Below, one piece after another: positions 10,951 to 23,564 of a stretch of 64,000 nucleotides of DNA. The stretch lies in NCBI GenBank assembly GCA_964016885.1, contig OZ024740.1, positions 313,720,001 to 313,784,000 of the forward strand, read 5' to 3'. The DNA is from Eledone cirrhosa. Lineage: Eukaryota. The notes under the pieces were generated by a model, which saw only the letters and a list, made by a program, of their open reading frames with translations, ran no database searches and was not told the DNA's origin. Position 1 is the stretch's first letter, and every line of letters begins with the position of its first letter. The position numbers and the translations under genes were made by a program.

Positions 10951-11442
10951 AATACATAATACATACATACATACATACATACATACATACATACATACAA
11001 CACATTATATAAACGTTTGCATTCATAGTAAAGCACTTGTCAACTTTCTGTTATCTGGTTTGTGGTTTCGTGGTTTTGGACGCAAACTCTTTGGGGTTTC
11101 CTTTAAGTCATGCCACCTTTTATGAGGTCGCATACCGCACTGAGACACAAATCTTTCATCCTGTATCCTTATACCATACTAGTTGCCCGTCCTACACAAT
11201 ATTTCAACTTCACTCTGAAATGTGATATCTGCACTTTCATATACACCATTCTCGCCTCTACAGTCTAACACTCTTGTATTTCAGTAACAAAGATTTTCAT
11301 TTGTTCTGATTCAGGAATATATTTCCCCATTGTTTCTCTATTATGTGATTTCTTACTGTATTTCTTTTATATTTTTGAGTTCCTCCACCTGCTAACTTTT
11401 GCTCGTTTACGACTCCATATAACCTGAAAACTTTATATCCGA

Positions 11443-11465
11443 ACACACACACACACACACACACA

Positions 11466-11526
<61 letters not shown>

Positions 11527-11621
11527 CTCTCTCCGCCTTCTCACACACACACTGTATGCTTGTCTACCTCTCTCTTTCTCTCTCTATCTCTCTCTATCTC
11601 TCTCACACTCTTTATCTCTCT

Positions 11622-11703
<82 letters not shown>

Positions 11704-11762
11704 CTCTCCCCCTCTCTCTTACACACACTGTCTGTATATTGTCTATCTCTCCCTCTCTCTCT
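11443..11762. repeat. (CA)n/(CT)n/(TCTA)n microsatellite complex
   Basis: Direct reading. Confidence 0.9.
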
Positions 11763-12612
11763 GAACTCATCAATCATTCTGACTCCAATGCATGCAACTC
11801 ATCTTGGCTCTCACGCTCTTCCGACACCGACACTGCACCAGTTAGTTTTCTCACCAACTCGCTGATGACAGACACAGCAACGCTCCCAAAACAGCATATA
11901 TATCCTCCCACCACTCTCCCTGCATCTATTTGATTGCCTGACCCCTATAATTAAATCAATATTTACGACCCAACCCTAATATCTAACTGTTTGAAGATAA
12001 GCCATTTTATACCAACTACTCCTTGTTTGAAATTACTTTCTCTCACGACATCTAAGTGGCTGACCAAAACCCTCTAACTAGGTATGCTTCTCCACATCCG
12101 TTGCACACCCAAACACTATCAATGGTTTGCTTTACAGCTGCGCTGAAGCAGCACAGACAAAGAACACTACCTACAGCATCCGGATGATGTCACCTGTAAC
12201 CATTAACTGAGTGGTATTGAATCACAGTCTCAACGCCTGTAAGACAACCATCATACAATCAAAACAGGTCGATGCCCTTAGAAAACTTGAAACTTCCCTT
12301 GCATCTCAAACTGCAGTAAGGTCTGCTGATCTTTTCGGTACACAACTGCACATCCCACGGATATGTGAGCGCCCCATCCAGTACGAGATTTATTTACTGT
12401 GAAATGAAAAAAATAGTGATCAATAGAGAGGAATGAGAGGGGACATTAAGAATGGATGATAGAGAGAAAGTGAACGAAAACAGGATCCACAGAGAAAATG
12501 AAAGCCAGGGTAAGTAAGCAAAACATGATGTATGTTAAACAGTGTCTGAGAAGTAGGGAGAAAGAGAGTAAAATAAGAGGAGGGAGAAAGAGGTGTACAA
12601 AACTGAGAGAGT

Positions 12613-12614
<2 letters not shown>

Positions 12615-12693
<79 letters not shown>

Positions 12694-12705
12694 GGAGAGA
12701 GAGAA
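12615..12705. repeat. (GA)n microsatellite
   Basis: Direct reading. Confidence 0.9.
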
Positions 12706-13129
12706 TAAATAAGCTATCGAAATAACAGTGTAAAGTTCTAAACAAATAGGGAAGGAGAGATAAGAAAGCAAAGAAATGTGGTAGAATGAGATAGAGAGAT
12801 AGAGAGATAGATAGGAAGAGAAGGGGACAGGGAGAGAGCGAGACAGACTGCCTGAGGTGTTGTTCTCAAATATATCTACAAAAGGAAACTAATGAAATGA
12901 GAAAGTGGTAAATGGAATAAAACTAATAATCTATGAGGATATGATGAAAATATACCGGAATGGGAAGACAGAATTTTACAATTATTTATGTTAGCTTCTT
13001 ATAGTTGAGCTTATGATATATTCAAATAGGGTGAAAGACGATGGAATATTTGCATACGTAATGTAATATATAATGCCAAAATAACTGAATTTTAAGCAAA
13101 ATAAAAATGCTGACTACAAGGGAGCCTAT

Positions 13130-13378
13130 GTGTAATTTCAAGACCTGCTAGATATAGTGTCAGAATCTCCTTCAAATCACACCTCTAATATCTTAAAACG
13201 GGAGAAGTGAACGGTACTCTGGATAATCTAGACCCGAATATATTATATCTTAAACAAACATTAAATAATGTAATCCGGGCTACACAATGTCAGCAAATCG
13301 AAGATTGAATAAACATGGCTCAAATGCCTTCAATAATAGGTCAACTCAGAACAGATCTGGAGTTAAACAACAGCAAGA
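13130..13378 (+). mobile_element. old dispersed SINE-like repeat ending ...CTGGnGnTAAACAACA; degenerate relatives near 45400-45490, 46090-46260, 56900-57012, 61200-61400
   Basis: Shared motif GAC(C/T)TGCTAGAAATAGCAGTCAAATCTC..CACACC..TCTTAAAA in several places. Confidence 0.5.
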
Positions 13379-13687
13379 TGAAAAATAATGCGCATGAAAC
13401 TCAACATACATAAAAATTGAAGGCTGGTGAGTTTTTCTTCATGTTTCATTTTCTAAACATGCTCCACATTGCTAAGGTGATCAAGCAAATCTTTATAATT
13501 GGGATTGGGCATATGTCAAGCAATGTTTTTTTTTTCGTGTGAAATATTTCAAAATAAGTGGGACGTAAAATCGATTCAACGAACATGACGTCTGAGCAAT
13601 AGATACGAAGATGACTGAAGTTTGTAAATCCAGAACTTATAAATAGTTCATAAAATGTATACATGTTTTAAATTATTATTATTAATA

Positions 13688-13945
13688 ATAATTGTTTCTA
13701 TTTTAGGCACAAGGCCAGCAATTACCCAGTACATTACTGGTACTTTGTTTTATCGACCCCGTAGGGATGAAAGGCAAAGTTAACCTCGGCAGGATTTGAA
13801 CTCGGATCGTAAAGGGACGTAACTATGCTGGAAAGCATGTTCGACCCTCTACCGATACTGCCAATTAACAGGCGGTTAATTGGCAGAGTCGTAATGGCGC
13901 CGGATTAAAAATGCTTCGGTATGTGTTCCAGTTCATTGCGCTCTG
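13688..13945 (-). mobile_element. tRNA-SINE copy (13688-13866, minus) plus partial plus-strand head (13870-13945)
   Basis: Same consensus as 4099-4252. Confidence 0.85.
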
Positions 13946-14123
13946 AAAAAGGAAAAGAATGACTTCACTTGTAGTTCTAAACAATTTGATTTAATTTTAT
14001 AACATTATAATATTATGAGTTGGTAGAACTAGATCCACCAACTCAAAAACTTAACTGTACCAAGGATTTCACGCATTTTCCAATATATATATATATATAT
14101 ATATATATTACTTTCACACATTT

Positions 14124-14154
<31 letters not shown>

Positions 14155-14169
14155 CGTATATATATATTA

Positions 14170-14565
14170 CTTTTTAATGTACCCTATCTTATATTTTACT
14201 TTTACTTTTACATCTGTAACTTCTCTACCTATTTACCATACATGTATGGTAAATATATAGAAAAATAGCGTATAATTAAAACAATAACATCAATAATAAA
14301 ATAGCGTATAATCTAAACAATAACATCAATAATACTACATGTATTATTATTGATGTTATTGTTTTAATTATACGCTATTTTTCTATATAATTCTTGCCTC
14401 GAGTGCATTGCTTTCATATCTACGTACCAGAGGTGAATAATGTATTGGAGATCGAATAACGCAACCTCAAGCGATTAGCGAACTCTAGACCCACATGATC
14501 AACGAAACAATTGTCAGTACTTTAAATAAAGCCCTTATTGTACAGCCAACCATGTTAATCTTCAT
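14170..14565 (+). mobile_element. decayed PLE pseudo-LTR (same family as 42780-43102) with an internal inverted duplication
   Basis: GTATTGGAG.TCGA...GATTAGCG..CTCTAGAC.CAC.TGATCAA.GAAACAATTGT..TAC..AAATAAAGCCC..CAGCC.ACCATGTTA shared with 42970-43100. 14255-14333 is an inverted, doubled copy of 14347-14389. Confidence 0.7.
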
Positions 14566-14674
14566 TTATTAACTATATATATATATACATATATATATCA
14601 GGAAAGTAAAAAACAACACAGGAGTAAAAGTTACGAAAGGTATTAGGTTCACGCTTATATATATATGTGTGTTT

Positions 14675-14705
<31 letters not shown>

Positions 14706-16098
14706 GGTTGAAAGGTGGCATTTAAAATACTATTTCTCTTTGATTCAGTAATGAAATCGGCTTTCACATGAATTCGAATTGTCCTGTAAAAGTCAGCCCT
14801 CCCATAAATTACATAAACTATCCTTTCTATTTGAGGATTTGAAGAGCTTAGCTTGGTATAATCATAGTTCCCTTTTGTTCCTTCACAGCATTATAGCTCT
14901 GTCGCTCTATAAATGTTAACTCAGTGAAATGTGTCTCATGTAAGGTTCCCTAATTTTTCACTGATGTCTGTCATAGTTTGTTGAGGTGTCATACATGCAT
15001 TTTATAAACTATTTCATAGTAACTGACTGTACTTACAGTTATTTTCTCCGCCTGAGCAAACTACATTGTTCTTATATCCACATCTCTTCTCTCTTCTCTC
15101 TAATGATCTTGTTCTACAGCGTACTGGTTAAGAATAATGGACAGAGTCCTATTGCGTTCGATCGTCTTATTCAATTAGAATGATAGTAAAACAGGTGTGT
15201 TGGGAAATTTGTCATATGTTTTGTTATGCATTTGTAGCATAGTCTTAGATTTAAAACGGGCAAGTGTGGTGTATCCATCACCAAGAATGCTACACACACA
15301 GACATCTTGTTAAGGTAAAATAATTTTGCAGAGTTGGCAGAAGGCCTCTTGTTAAGACAAAAAATCCAGACTTGAATTTAGGAAGCAAAGAGTACCTGTA
15401 GCATATAATATAAACAAACGAAGTCACCATTTTGCTTTACTGGTGAACGTCTCACAAGGATTACAATTGTGACCTCTCCAGGAGTTGTAGCCGTTCTCTA
15501 ACGTTTTGAAGATTTATTACTCTCAAAGGCGCTGTTTATTTGGCCAGCGTAAAGGTGCACCGTTGTAAGCAGTTATTGTATTGTACAATTAACGTGTTTA
15601 ATTATCTTGCAGTGTTTAATGCCTCTTGAATATATCATTTGAAGAGGTGTTGATCGCCTTAAATCACAATACGTATCACGACGCACGTAAATACGTTATA
15701 TGATAAATCACTCTCGTGGTTGCTCTTTAATAACAGGTTATAATATCAACGATGAATTTCACATACAAAGAGATGCTTTTAATAGTGCATCTGCCTTCCG
15801 ATTACAAATATTATCACAGACATTAATTAGTGAATATTGGGTCAACAAAGTATGGTTGGTATACCTAATATAAAAAAAACAAGAAATTCTCTATTGAATA
15901 AAATATATCTCTTAGAGACGGACAATAGCTATTCTAGCCAAGCCATAATTACTGCTAATCTGATAATCTTCTCATCGAGATTAATTATCGTTTTGTGACC
16001 AGGTAAAAGATTAATACTTTCAACCAATCATATAAGTAATAATCCTTCCTAATACGATATTCTTCAGTCTAAGGACATCTACAATAGGTATTTAGTAA

Positions 16099-16288
16099 AT
16101 AATTGTTTCTACTTTTGGCACAAGGCCAGCAATTATCCCAGTACATTACTGGTACTTTATTTTATCGACCCCGTAAGGATGAAAGGCAAAGTAAACCTCG
16201 GCGGGAATTGAACTCAGATCGTAAAGGGACGTAACTATGCTGGAAAGCATATCCTACCCTCCACCGATACTGCCAATTCACCGCCCTT
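16099..16288 (-). mobile_element. tRNA-SINE, near full-length
   Basis: Head GGCGGTGAATTGGCAGTATCGG on the minus strand, through to the (ATT)n tail. Confidence 0.88.
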
Positions 16289-16344
16289 ATTTAGTAAATA
16301 ATAAGAGCTCCAAACAGACTGAAGTAGGTATTTATTATTATTAT

Positions 16345-17060
16345 TACTGTGGTGAGTGGAAGAAAAAAATAGACTGCTAAGCTATAGAGATATTCTGTAT
16401 ATAATTATATCTGTTTACGTTCTGAGATCAAATTTCGCTGAGGTTAATAAAATACCAGTAACGCACCAGGGTTAATTTAATCGACTTTACCCTTCCCCAA
16501 AATTGTTGGCCTTGTCCGTCCCTAAATCAGAAAACATTTAAGATGATGTATTAGCGGTATCGTTAGGACGTTGGACAAGATCTTTTGCTGCATAGTTCTG
16601 GCCCTCTACATTCCGAGTTCAAATCCTGCCGAGGTTAGCTTTGTGTTCCATCCTTACGGCGTCGATAAAATAAAGTACCAGTCACACATTGGGTCGATTC
16701 AATCGACTTTCCCCTCCCCCAAAATTGCTGACCTTGTGCCTATATAAGAAACAATTATTATTACGGCGGTGGATTAGCAGTATCGGTAGAGGGTCGGATG
16801 CCATGCTTTGACGTATAGAGTTACGCCTTTTCCATTCTGAGTTCAAATCCTGCCGAGGTTAACTTTGCCTTTCCTCCTTACAGGGTCGATAAAATAAAGT
16901 ACCAGTAATGTACTGGTTAATTACTGGCCTTGTGCTAAAAAGTAGAAACAATTATTATTACGGTGGTGTGTGGTAGAAAAAATAGAGTGCTAGAAAATAA
17001 ATGTCTTCCGTATATCGTTATACCCGCTTACACCTGGGTTCAAATCCTCTGAGGTCTATA
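16345..17060 (+). mobile_element. head-to-tail cluster of about four tRNA-SINE copies
   Basis: Copies near 16350-16540, 16545-16762, 16763-16960 and 16961-17060. The last two start immediately after the previous AACAATTATTATTA tail. Confidence 0.8.
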
Positions 17061-17929
17061 AATCATTGTTATTATTGCTTTTCTTTACTTTGAATATGTC
17101 ACACATCCGCTGCCGTAAGGACATTGTTTACAAGATACATAATGTTATTATTTTGTTAAATTTCTTTAAATATGTGCTCCTTTTTATTCTGCAAATACGG
17201 CTACCTTCCTCGTGTGGCTCTTAGTTGCAAACTCTGTATTTTAACAGTAAAAAAAAATTAAGGCAAAAGTTTGTTCCCACCACCTCCGTAGTACGGAGCG
17301 CCGAAAATTCTTCGCACCCCATAGAAATTGTCACAGATAAATACAATTCTTATTACACACAGCTAACTGAAACATATATAACTAGGGCCAGCTTTGACTT
17401 AGCAAACAACCAGATACATGCATAAAGAACCAATTGACAATGTACTTCATGTTGTTCCTTTTAATATTCTATATAGGGGATTTTACTGCAATTTCTTTCC
17501 TAGTAGCTCCACCGTTATTGCATGAATTCAGACAAATTTTCAACCGCAAATAAAAAATAAATAGGAGCAACTATGGATTGATTCAAGAGAAATAGAGCGG
17601 AAACGGAAGATATTTTGAAGCCAAAATGATAAACTTTTCGATATGAATAAGAATATTTAAACAATTCGAATCAAACCTATTGTGGCTTTATATATACAAA
17701 CATTTAGTGTTTGATGACGCATAATAATGTATATTGTTTCTGAGGTGATCGCTTTGTAATTTCTGAATGAATGAACGTAAACACACATGTATCCCACGTA
17801 GATACACACACAATCATACACAAATACACTGACACAGACACACACATACACACACATACACACACACACATATATATATATAGAGAGAGAAAGAGTGGGG
17901 AGTGAAAGAAAACTAGAAATAGAAAGAGA

Positions 17930-18130
17930 GAGATTACATAACTTTGTTATTAGATCCGGGTTGAAGTTATCCAATGCTTTTATTGCTTCTGCTGATATTT
18001 CATGCTGTCCAGTTGGTTTCTTATCTTTCATAGCCTTTGTATTACTTATAAGTTTTAGATTTTATTACTAGGCTTCGAAGTTGAGCGTAGATGGTTTGTT
18101 CTCTTTATTGTTCAATTCGTTTATGTATCC
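17930..18130 (-). mobile_element. decayed LINE RT fragment (RTE-like)
   Basis: KAMKDKKPTGQHEISAEAIKALD...ITKLCN resembles the KAxGxDxIxxExxK motif. Confidence 0.6.
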
Positions 18131-18849
18131 AACCTATCACTATATAATATGTAATATGCTAATAATCAAACATGATGTTTATATTTTGGTCTTTAATGTT
18201 GCCATATAGTATACTCTTGCATTTAACGTTTGTGATTTAATTTAGTTTATCATACACAAGCAGAAAAACCACCCGAAGGGTGGTTTTCTGCTAGCATGTG
18301 TAGTGTGCATATTGATATTATATGCAAGTATATATACATGTAGATATGATACATTAAATGAAATCTTAATTGACAATATCCACATAAATTGAAGAGAATC
18401 TGTGTTACACTCTCTTATGTAATCGGTAAAATAATCCATGATACATTAAAAAAAGACGATATTATATATAAACTGCATTAGGAAAAAAATTAGTGACGGA
18501 AATATATGAATGTTTATATAAGCGATCGCTAACCGGACGTGTTGACATTTGAGAATTTGAAAGAAGTGAATCTTAAAATAAGCAACAAAATTATTTATAT
18601 TTAATCAAGAATTACGAATTTAGTAGATAAATTATGTAATGTTTATTCATTATTTATTCAAAGTAATCCAACTTATTTTACAAACGGGATAAAAATATAT
18701 ATTCTGGACGTAATCCCGCAATCCTTTCTTTATTATAGTTTAGATTTCTAGGGATTTTCACTGCCTGGTGAGGTTTTGATTTTTTTTTTTGTATTGATCA
18801 TCAGTCATTTAGCTATGTTTTTCCACATTAAGATCAGATTTATTCTTTA

Positions 18850-19010
18850 CAGATTTTACGGAGACCCAGGGTAGACCCCGAGCAAGATGGCTGGATAACA
18901 TCCATGAGCTGGGCTGGTCTCACTTGGGGATCCAGCTGGATCACATGGACAGCACCTACCGGAAGGAATAAATGGGCAAAGAAGAAGAAGAAGAAGAAGA
19001 AGAAGAAGAA
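18850..19010 (+). mobile_element. RTE 3' remnant with (GAA)n tail
   Basis: GRPRARWLDNIHELGWSHLGIQ, then GGAATAAATGGGC(AAG)n. Confidence 0.7.
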
Positions 19011-19064
19011 ATGATCATAAGTCATTTGAATATGTTTTTCCACATTATATCTTGATCTTTATAA

Positions 19065-19230
19065 GCGGTGAATTGGTAAAGTCATTAGAATGTCAGATAG
19101 AATACCTTTTGGTATTCGTTTCGGCTCTCTGTTCTTTAAGTTTAAATCCTGGCGGGGTCAACTTTGCCTTTCACCCATTTAAGGTTTGATAAAAAAAAGT
19201 ACCAGTCTAGTACTGGGGTTGATTCTTCCT
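19065..19230 (+). mobile_element. tRNA-SINE copy (diverged)
   Basis: GCGGTGAATTGG...GGTCAACTTTGCCTTTCA...GATAAAA.AAAGTACCAG. Confidence 0.7.
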
Positions 19231-20071
19231 CTATATCACTTTCTCACTTTCTTTCTCTCGCTCTATATCCTTCTCTGGAAGACAGCTGCTGTATTCAGAC
19301 ATGGAGAGAAAATGGGCTCCGCTAGGCTTTTTAAAAATGCCCCAAAACGCCGTATGTTTATATGGGGGCCCTACGACTCTCTCGGGAGTCACGGGTCCAT
19401 ACATACCATGCACCTTGATCTTTATTCTTGTAAATCCTTTCTTCTAATTTTCATAGAATTGCATCAGTCATCTATTCTTTATTATTGTTTTTCTAGTCAA
19501 CTTTATGCAGTTTTTATCATAAGTAATACTCGCATGCAAGTTTTAATTCTGTTCCAAATTTTTCCATTTCTACTTTATTATAGAGTTTCTTTTATCTTTT
19601 CTTCATTTGGTAAATATTTATACCTACTTCTTATTTCTACATCAACTTTCTCTTTACTTCCTGCCTGTTGTAACTGGTTTAAGATTTATCGTCTTTTAAC
19701 CATTTCCCTTTTTTCAAGTTTAGTTTGTAATTTAATTACGATTAAAATTATATTTGCTCCAGGGTGAAGTTTTGTTTTCATATTTCACAAAGTTTTAAAA
19801 CCATTAGCCTATCAATATGAAGTCAACCTGATTTCTTTTTAGGTCACCGAGTTTTTCCCTTGTTGCTGGAAAACCAATATCGCAGTGACGATGACGTCAT
19901 ATAGGCTGTTGATGATTGTTTTGACCAATAGGATGAAGACTTTTTCACCAACGAGATCCATGCACTGCGACACAAAATTAGATCAGTTGCTCACCTCTTT
20001 CATTGCTATCACCTAATCTATATTGGCCTGATGTATTGTCGGTGTTTTCTCTGTCACCCTTTGCATTACAA

Positions 20072-20250
20072 TCTTCTTCTTCTTCTTCTTCTTCTTCTTC
20101 TTCTTCTTCTTCTTCTTCTTCTTCTTCTTCTTCTTCTTCTTCTTCTTCTTCTTCTTCTTCTTCTTCTTCTTCTTCTTCTTCTTCTTCTTCGCCAATTTAT
20201 TCCTGAGAAGGTCGTGACGGCAAAGTCCTCAAACACTCCTTCCAGCAAGC
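20072..20250 (-). mobile_element. 3' stub of the (GAA)-tailed RTE family
   Basis: Reverse complement TGCTGGAAGGAGTGTTTGAGGACTTTGCC..CACGACC..CTCAGGAATAAATTGGC(GAA)n matches the 2761 array unit. Confidence 0.85.
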
Positions 20251-20289
20251 GGTTAGTCCACAGGAAATGAGAGACCCTTAATTCTTGAT

Positions 20290-20652
20290 AGGACATCAAA
20301 GTAGGAAAAGGAAAATTCTGATGTAAATCCTGCGACTCGATGATGTTGACCTGTTCTTCTTTTGGGATATTTATCACCGTTATTCAGAAAATGGGATTGG
20401 TCCAGTACAAGGCTTTTCTTTACTTAAAAATGCTTGAAGCACAGGCGGCACTTGATCAGAGCAACTTTCACGAGTGTGGAGTGAGATTATAGAGAAAGAA
20501 ATCTAAGTCCTTGGAGGGCTTAAACGACATGTTCGTGCACCCATGTATGGGAAAATAGTCAAGCGTAGGCAATTCTTGAAACCTGATGGAACCATTATGT
20601 ATGTATGTATGTATGTATGTATGTATGTATGTATGTATGTATGTATGTATGT
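20290..20652 (+). mobile_element. non-autonomous bipartite RTE-derived element, partial
   Basis: 5'UTR-like block (GATGTTGAC.TGTTCTTCTTTT..GCACAGGC) followed by KSLGGLKRHV finger codons and a CCATT(ATGT)n tail. Confidence 0.55.
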
Positions 20653-20689
20653 TCTTCTGGCTTTATAATTTCCCAATGTTTTTCCCAAT

Positions 20690-21240
20690 AGAGAGACGGG
20701 TCACTCTTGAGTGCTACTGGTAACATGTAACCCAGTACAACCTGTCGCATGATCGGATCGTCGGCGACTAAACCGGCAACCCCACCAAGTTTACTTGGTG
20801 AGGAGGGTGATTTTGGACACCCTGAAGGACAAAAAACAAAACCTGACAAAGGGCGGAAGAACTCATAAGAGTCAACAGCCATCCGAAAGTGTGTAAATAT
20901 GTATATACACATGTACCGCGCGGTCAAACCACTGGGAGTGAAGGACCCTAGCCTTTGTCAGGGCATTCTTCTAGGAGAAGGAAACTCAGGAGACTGGGAA
21001 AACCTGCGGCTCAGTAGTTACCGATGATGTTGATCTTTTCTTCTTTTCTGGTTATAGTTACTGTCGCTCAGAGAGTGGGACTAGCTCAGTGCACAGTCTT
21101 TCCTCACTTTAAAAAATGTCTTCACGCACAGGCATTGCACGATAGAATTAATTAATAATTATTAATAATGGTATATCGTGCAATGACCATACTCGATAAC
21201 GAGGGGGCAGCCATTATGTATGTATGTATGTATGTATGCA
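20690..21240 (+). mobile_element. non-autonomous bipartite RTE-derived element
   Basis: Homologous to the 4425-5035 element; ends ATCGTGCAATGACCATACTCGATAACGAGGGGGCAGCCATT(ATGT)n. Confidence 0.7.
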
Positions 21241-21358
21241 AAGTATGCATGCATGTATGTAATTGTGTATGTATGTACATAACTATGTATATATTTATGT
21301 ACATATACTTACTGATACATACACACACATTCAAACACTCACATAGATATATACATAC

Positions 21359-21401
<43 letters not shown>

Positions 21402-21570
21402 CATGTACATATACTATACATATATATATATATATATATATATATGTGAATATAGACATAGAATATTCGAAAATATTCTGTATGTTTATAATAAACATTT
21501 TGAAGACCTAATCGCTATAGAATAGAATACGTCACGTATTACAATTAGATTCTCGATAAAAGCAAGGGAA

Positions 21571-21613
21571 GTAATCTACGCGTTTCATTCTTGTTAGAAA
21601 TCTTCAGGACTAC
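21571..21613 (-). ncRNA. minimal type-I hammerhead ribozyme (family B)
   Basis: GTAGTC CTGAAGA TTTCT-AACA-AGAAT GAAA CGCG TA GATTAC; stem I has one G-U pair; GUA site. Confidence 0.87.
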
Positions 21614-21880
21614 ATATCCAGTGCTTTTATCGAAAATGACACAGCTAGAGACTTATAGAATACTTAGCTGTGTACAGGAACTGGTTTGAAAGAGCGGTTG
21701 CCGGTCCGGCAGAAATTAGAAATTGGAATAAATGCTCTGAAATAGCGATATATATGTGAATATAGACATAGAATATTCGAAAATATTCTGTATGTTTATA
21801 ATAAACATTTTGAAGACCTAATCGCTATAGAATAGAATACGTCACGTATTACAATTAGATTCTCGATAAAAGCAAGGGAA

Positions 21881-21923
21881 GTAATCTACGCGTTTCATTC
21901 TTGTTAGAAATCTTCAGGACTAC
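21881..21923 (-). ncRNA. minimal type-I hammerhead ribozyme (family B)
   Basis: Identical to 21571-21613. Confidence 0.87.
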
Positions 21924-22245
21924 ATATCCAGTGCTTTTATCGAGAATGACACTGCTAGAGACTTATAGAATACTTAGCTGTGTACAGGAACTGGTTTGAA
22001 AGAGCGGTTGCCGGTCCGGCAGAAATTAGAAATTGGAATAAATGCTCTGAAATGTTATTATAAACATACAGAATATTTTCGAATATTCTATGTCTATATT
22101 CACATATATATCGCTATTTCAGAGCATTTATTCCAATTTCTAATTTCTGCCGGACCGGCAACCGCTCTTTCAAACCAGTTCCTGTACACAGCTAAGTATT
22201 CTATAAGTCTCTAGCTGTGTCATTCTCGATAAAAGCACTGGATAT

Positions 22246-22288
22246 GTAGTCCTGAAGATTTCTAACAAGAATGAAACGCGTAGATTAC
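22246..22288 (+). ncRNA. minimal type-I hammerhead ribozyme (family B)
   Basis: gtagtc ctgaaga tttctaacaagaat gaaa cgcgta gattac. Confidence 0.87.
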
Positions 22289-22441
22289 TTCCCTTGCTTT
22301 TATCGAGAATCTAATTGTAATACGTGACGTATTCTATTCTATAGCGATTAGGTCTTCAAAATGTTTATTATAAACATACAGAATATTTTCGAATATTCTA
22401 TGTCTATATTCACATATATATCGCTATTTCAGAGCATTTAT

Positions 22442-22488
<47 letters not shown>

Positions 22489-22726
22489 AGTATGCATGTA
22501 TACGTACATACATATATGTATACAGACGTACAGTAGCATGCACATATATATATATACATATATATATACATATGCATACAGGTACACATACATATATGCA
22601 CGTATCAGTTTAGCGGCGCTTATTATAACGTCGCTTTGTTCGTTTGTAAACAAACTGAACAGCATGAATTTATGCCATACGGTGTTAAGGCAACCACGTC
22701 ACCTTTTTGTTCAACACTGACACAGG

Positions 22727-22771
22727 AACGATGTACTAGTTTCAAGCTTGTTAGCTATCATCAGCACCGTT
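22727..22771 (-). ncRNA. minimal type-I hammerhead ribozyme (family C)
   Basis: AACGGTG CTGATGA TAGCT-AACA-AGCTT GAAA CTAG TA CATCGTT. Confidence 0.88.
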
Positions 22772-23084
22772 TACCCATCTGCCAGATAGTTGAACGTTCG
22801 AAAGTATATACTTTCCTTATGAAAATTAACGGCTGAGCAGCCTAATTTGCATATTGAGTGAGTTAAATCGGTCAGGCATACCGAAAACGATAAATTGAAA
22901 CAAAATGAAAACGAAATTTCATTTCTCACTCTTAGTATGGCACTTACTTAAATGTAAGTATGCATGTATACGTACATACATTTATGTATACAGACGTACA
23001 GTAGCATGCACATATATATATATGTGTTAATTTTCATAAGGAAAGTATATACTTTCGAACGTTCAACCATCTGGAAGATGGGTA

Positions 23085-23129
23085 AACGGTGCTGATGATA
23101 GCTAACAAGCTTGAAACTAGTACATCGTT
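23085..23129 (+). ncRNA. minimal type-I hammerhead ribozyme (family C)
   Basis: aacggtg ctgatga tagctaacaagctt gaaa ctagta catcgtt. Confidence 0.88.
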
Positions 23130-23428
23130 CCTGTGTCAGTGTTGAACAAAAAGGTGACGTGGTTGCCTTAACACCGTATGGCATAAATTCAGGCTGTTCA
23201 GTTTGTTTACAAACGAACAAAGCGACGTTATAATAAGCGCCGCTAAACTGATACGTGCATATATGTATGTGTACCTGTATGCATATGTATATATATATGT
23301 ATATATATATATGTGCATGCTACTGTACGTCTGTATACATATATGTATGTACGTATACATGCATACTTACATTTAAGTAAGTGACATACTAAGAGTGAGA
23401 AATGAAATTTCGTTTTCATTTTGTTTCA

Positions 23429-23495
<67 letters not shown>

Positions 23496-23515
23496 TACAC
23501 ACACAGACATATACG

Positions 23516-23564
<49 letters not shown>

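Larger units (their letters stand above)
21440..22447. mobile_element. hammerhead-bearing element family B: 310-bp monomers, about 2 tandem copies followed by about 1.26 inverted copies
   Basis: Exact 310-bp period (21571 vs 21881); inversion point near 22053; (TA)n flanks. Confidence 0.88.
22485..23434. mobile_element. hammerhead-bearing element family C: about 1.15 monomers (468-bp period) then an inverted copy
   Basis: TGTAAGTATGC recurs at 22485 and 22953; inversion near 23026; (TA)n flanks. Confidence 0.85.

Noticed and set aside
19186-19767. 193-aa ORF
   Set aside because: Starts inside a SINE, has low-complexity F/L/I composition and shows no recognisable domain.
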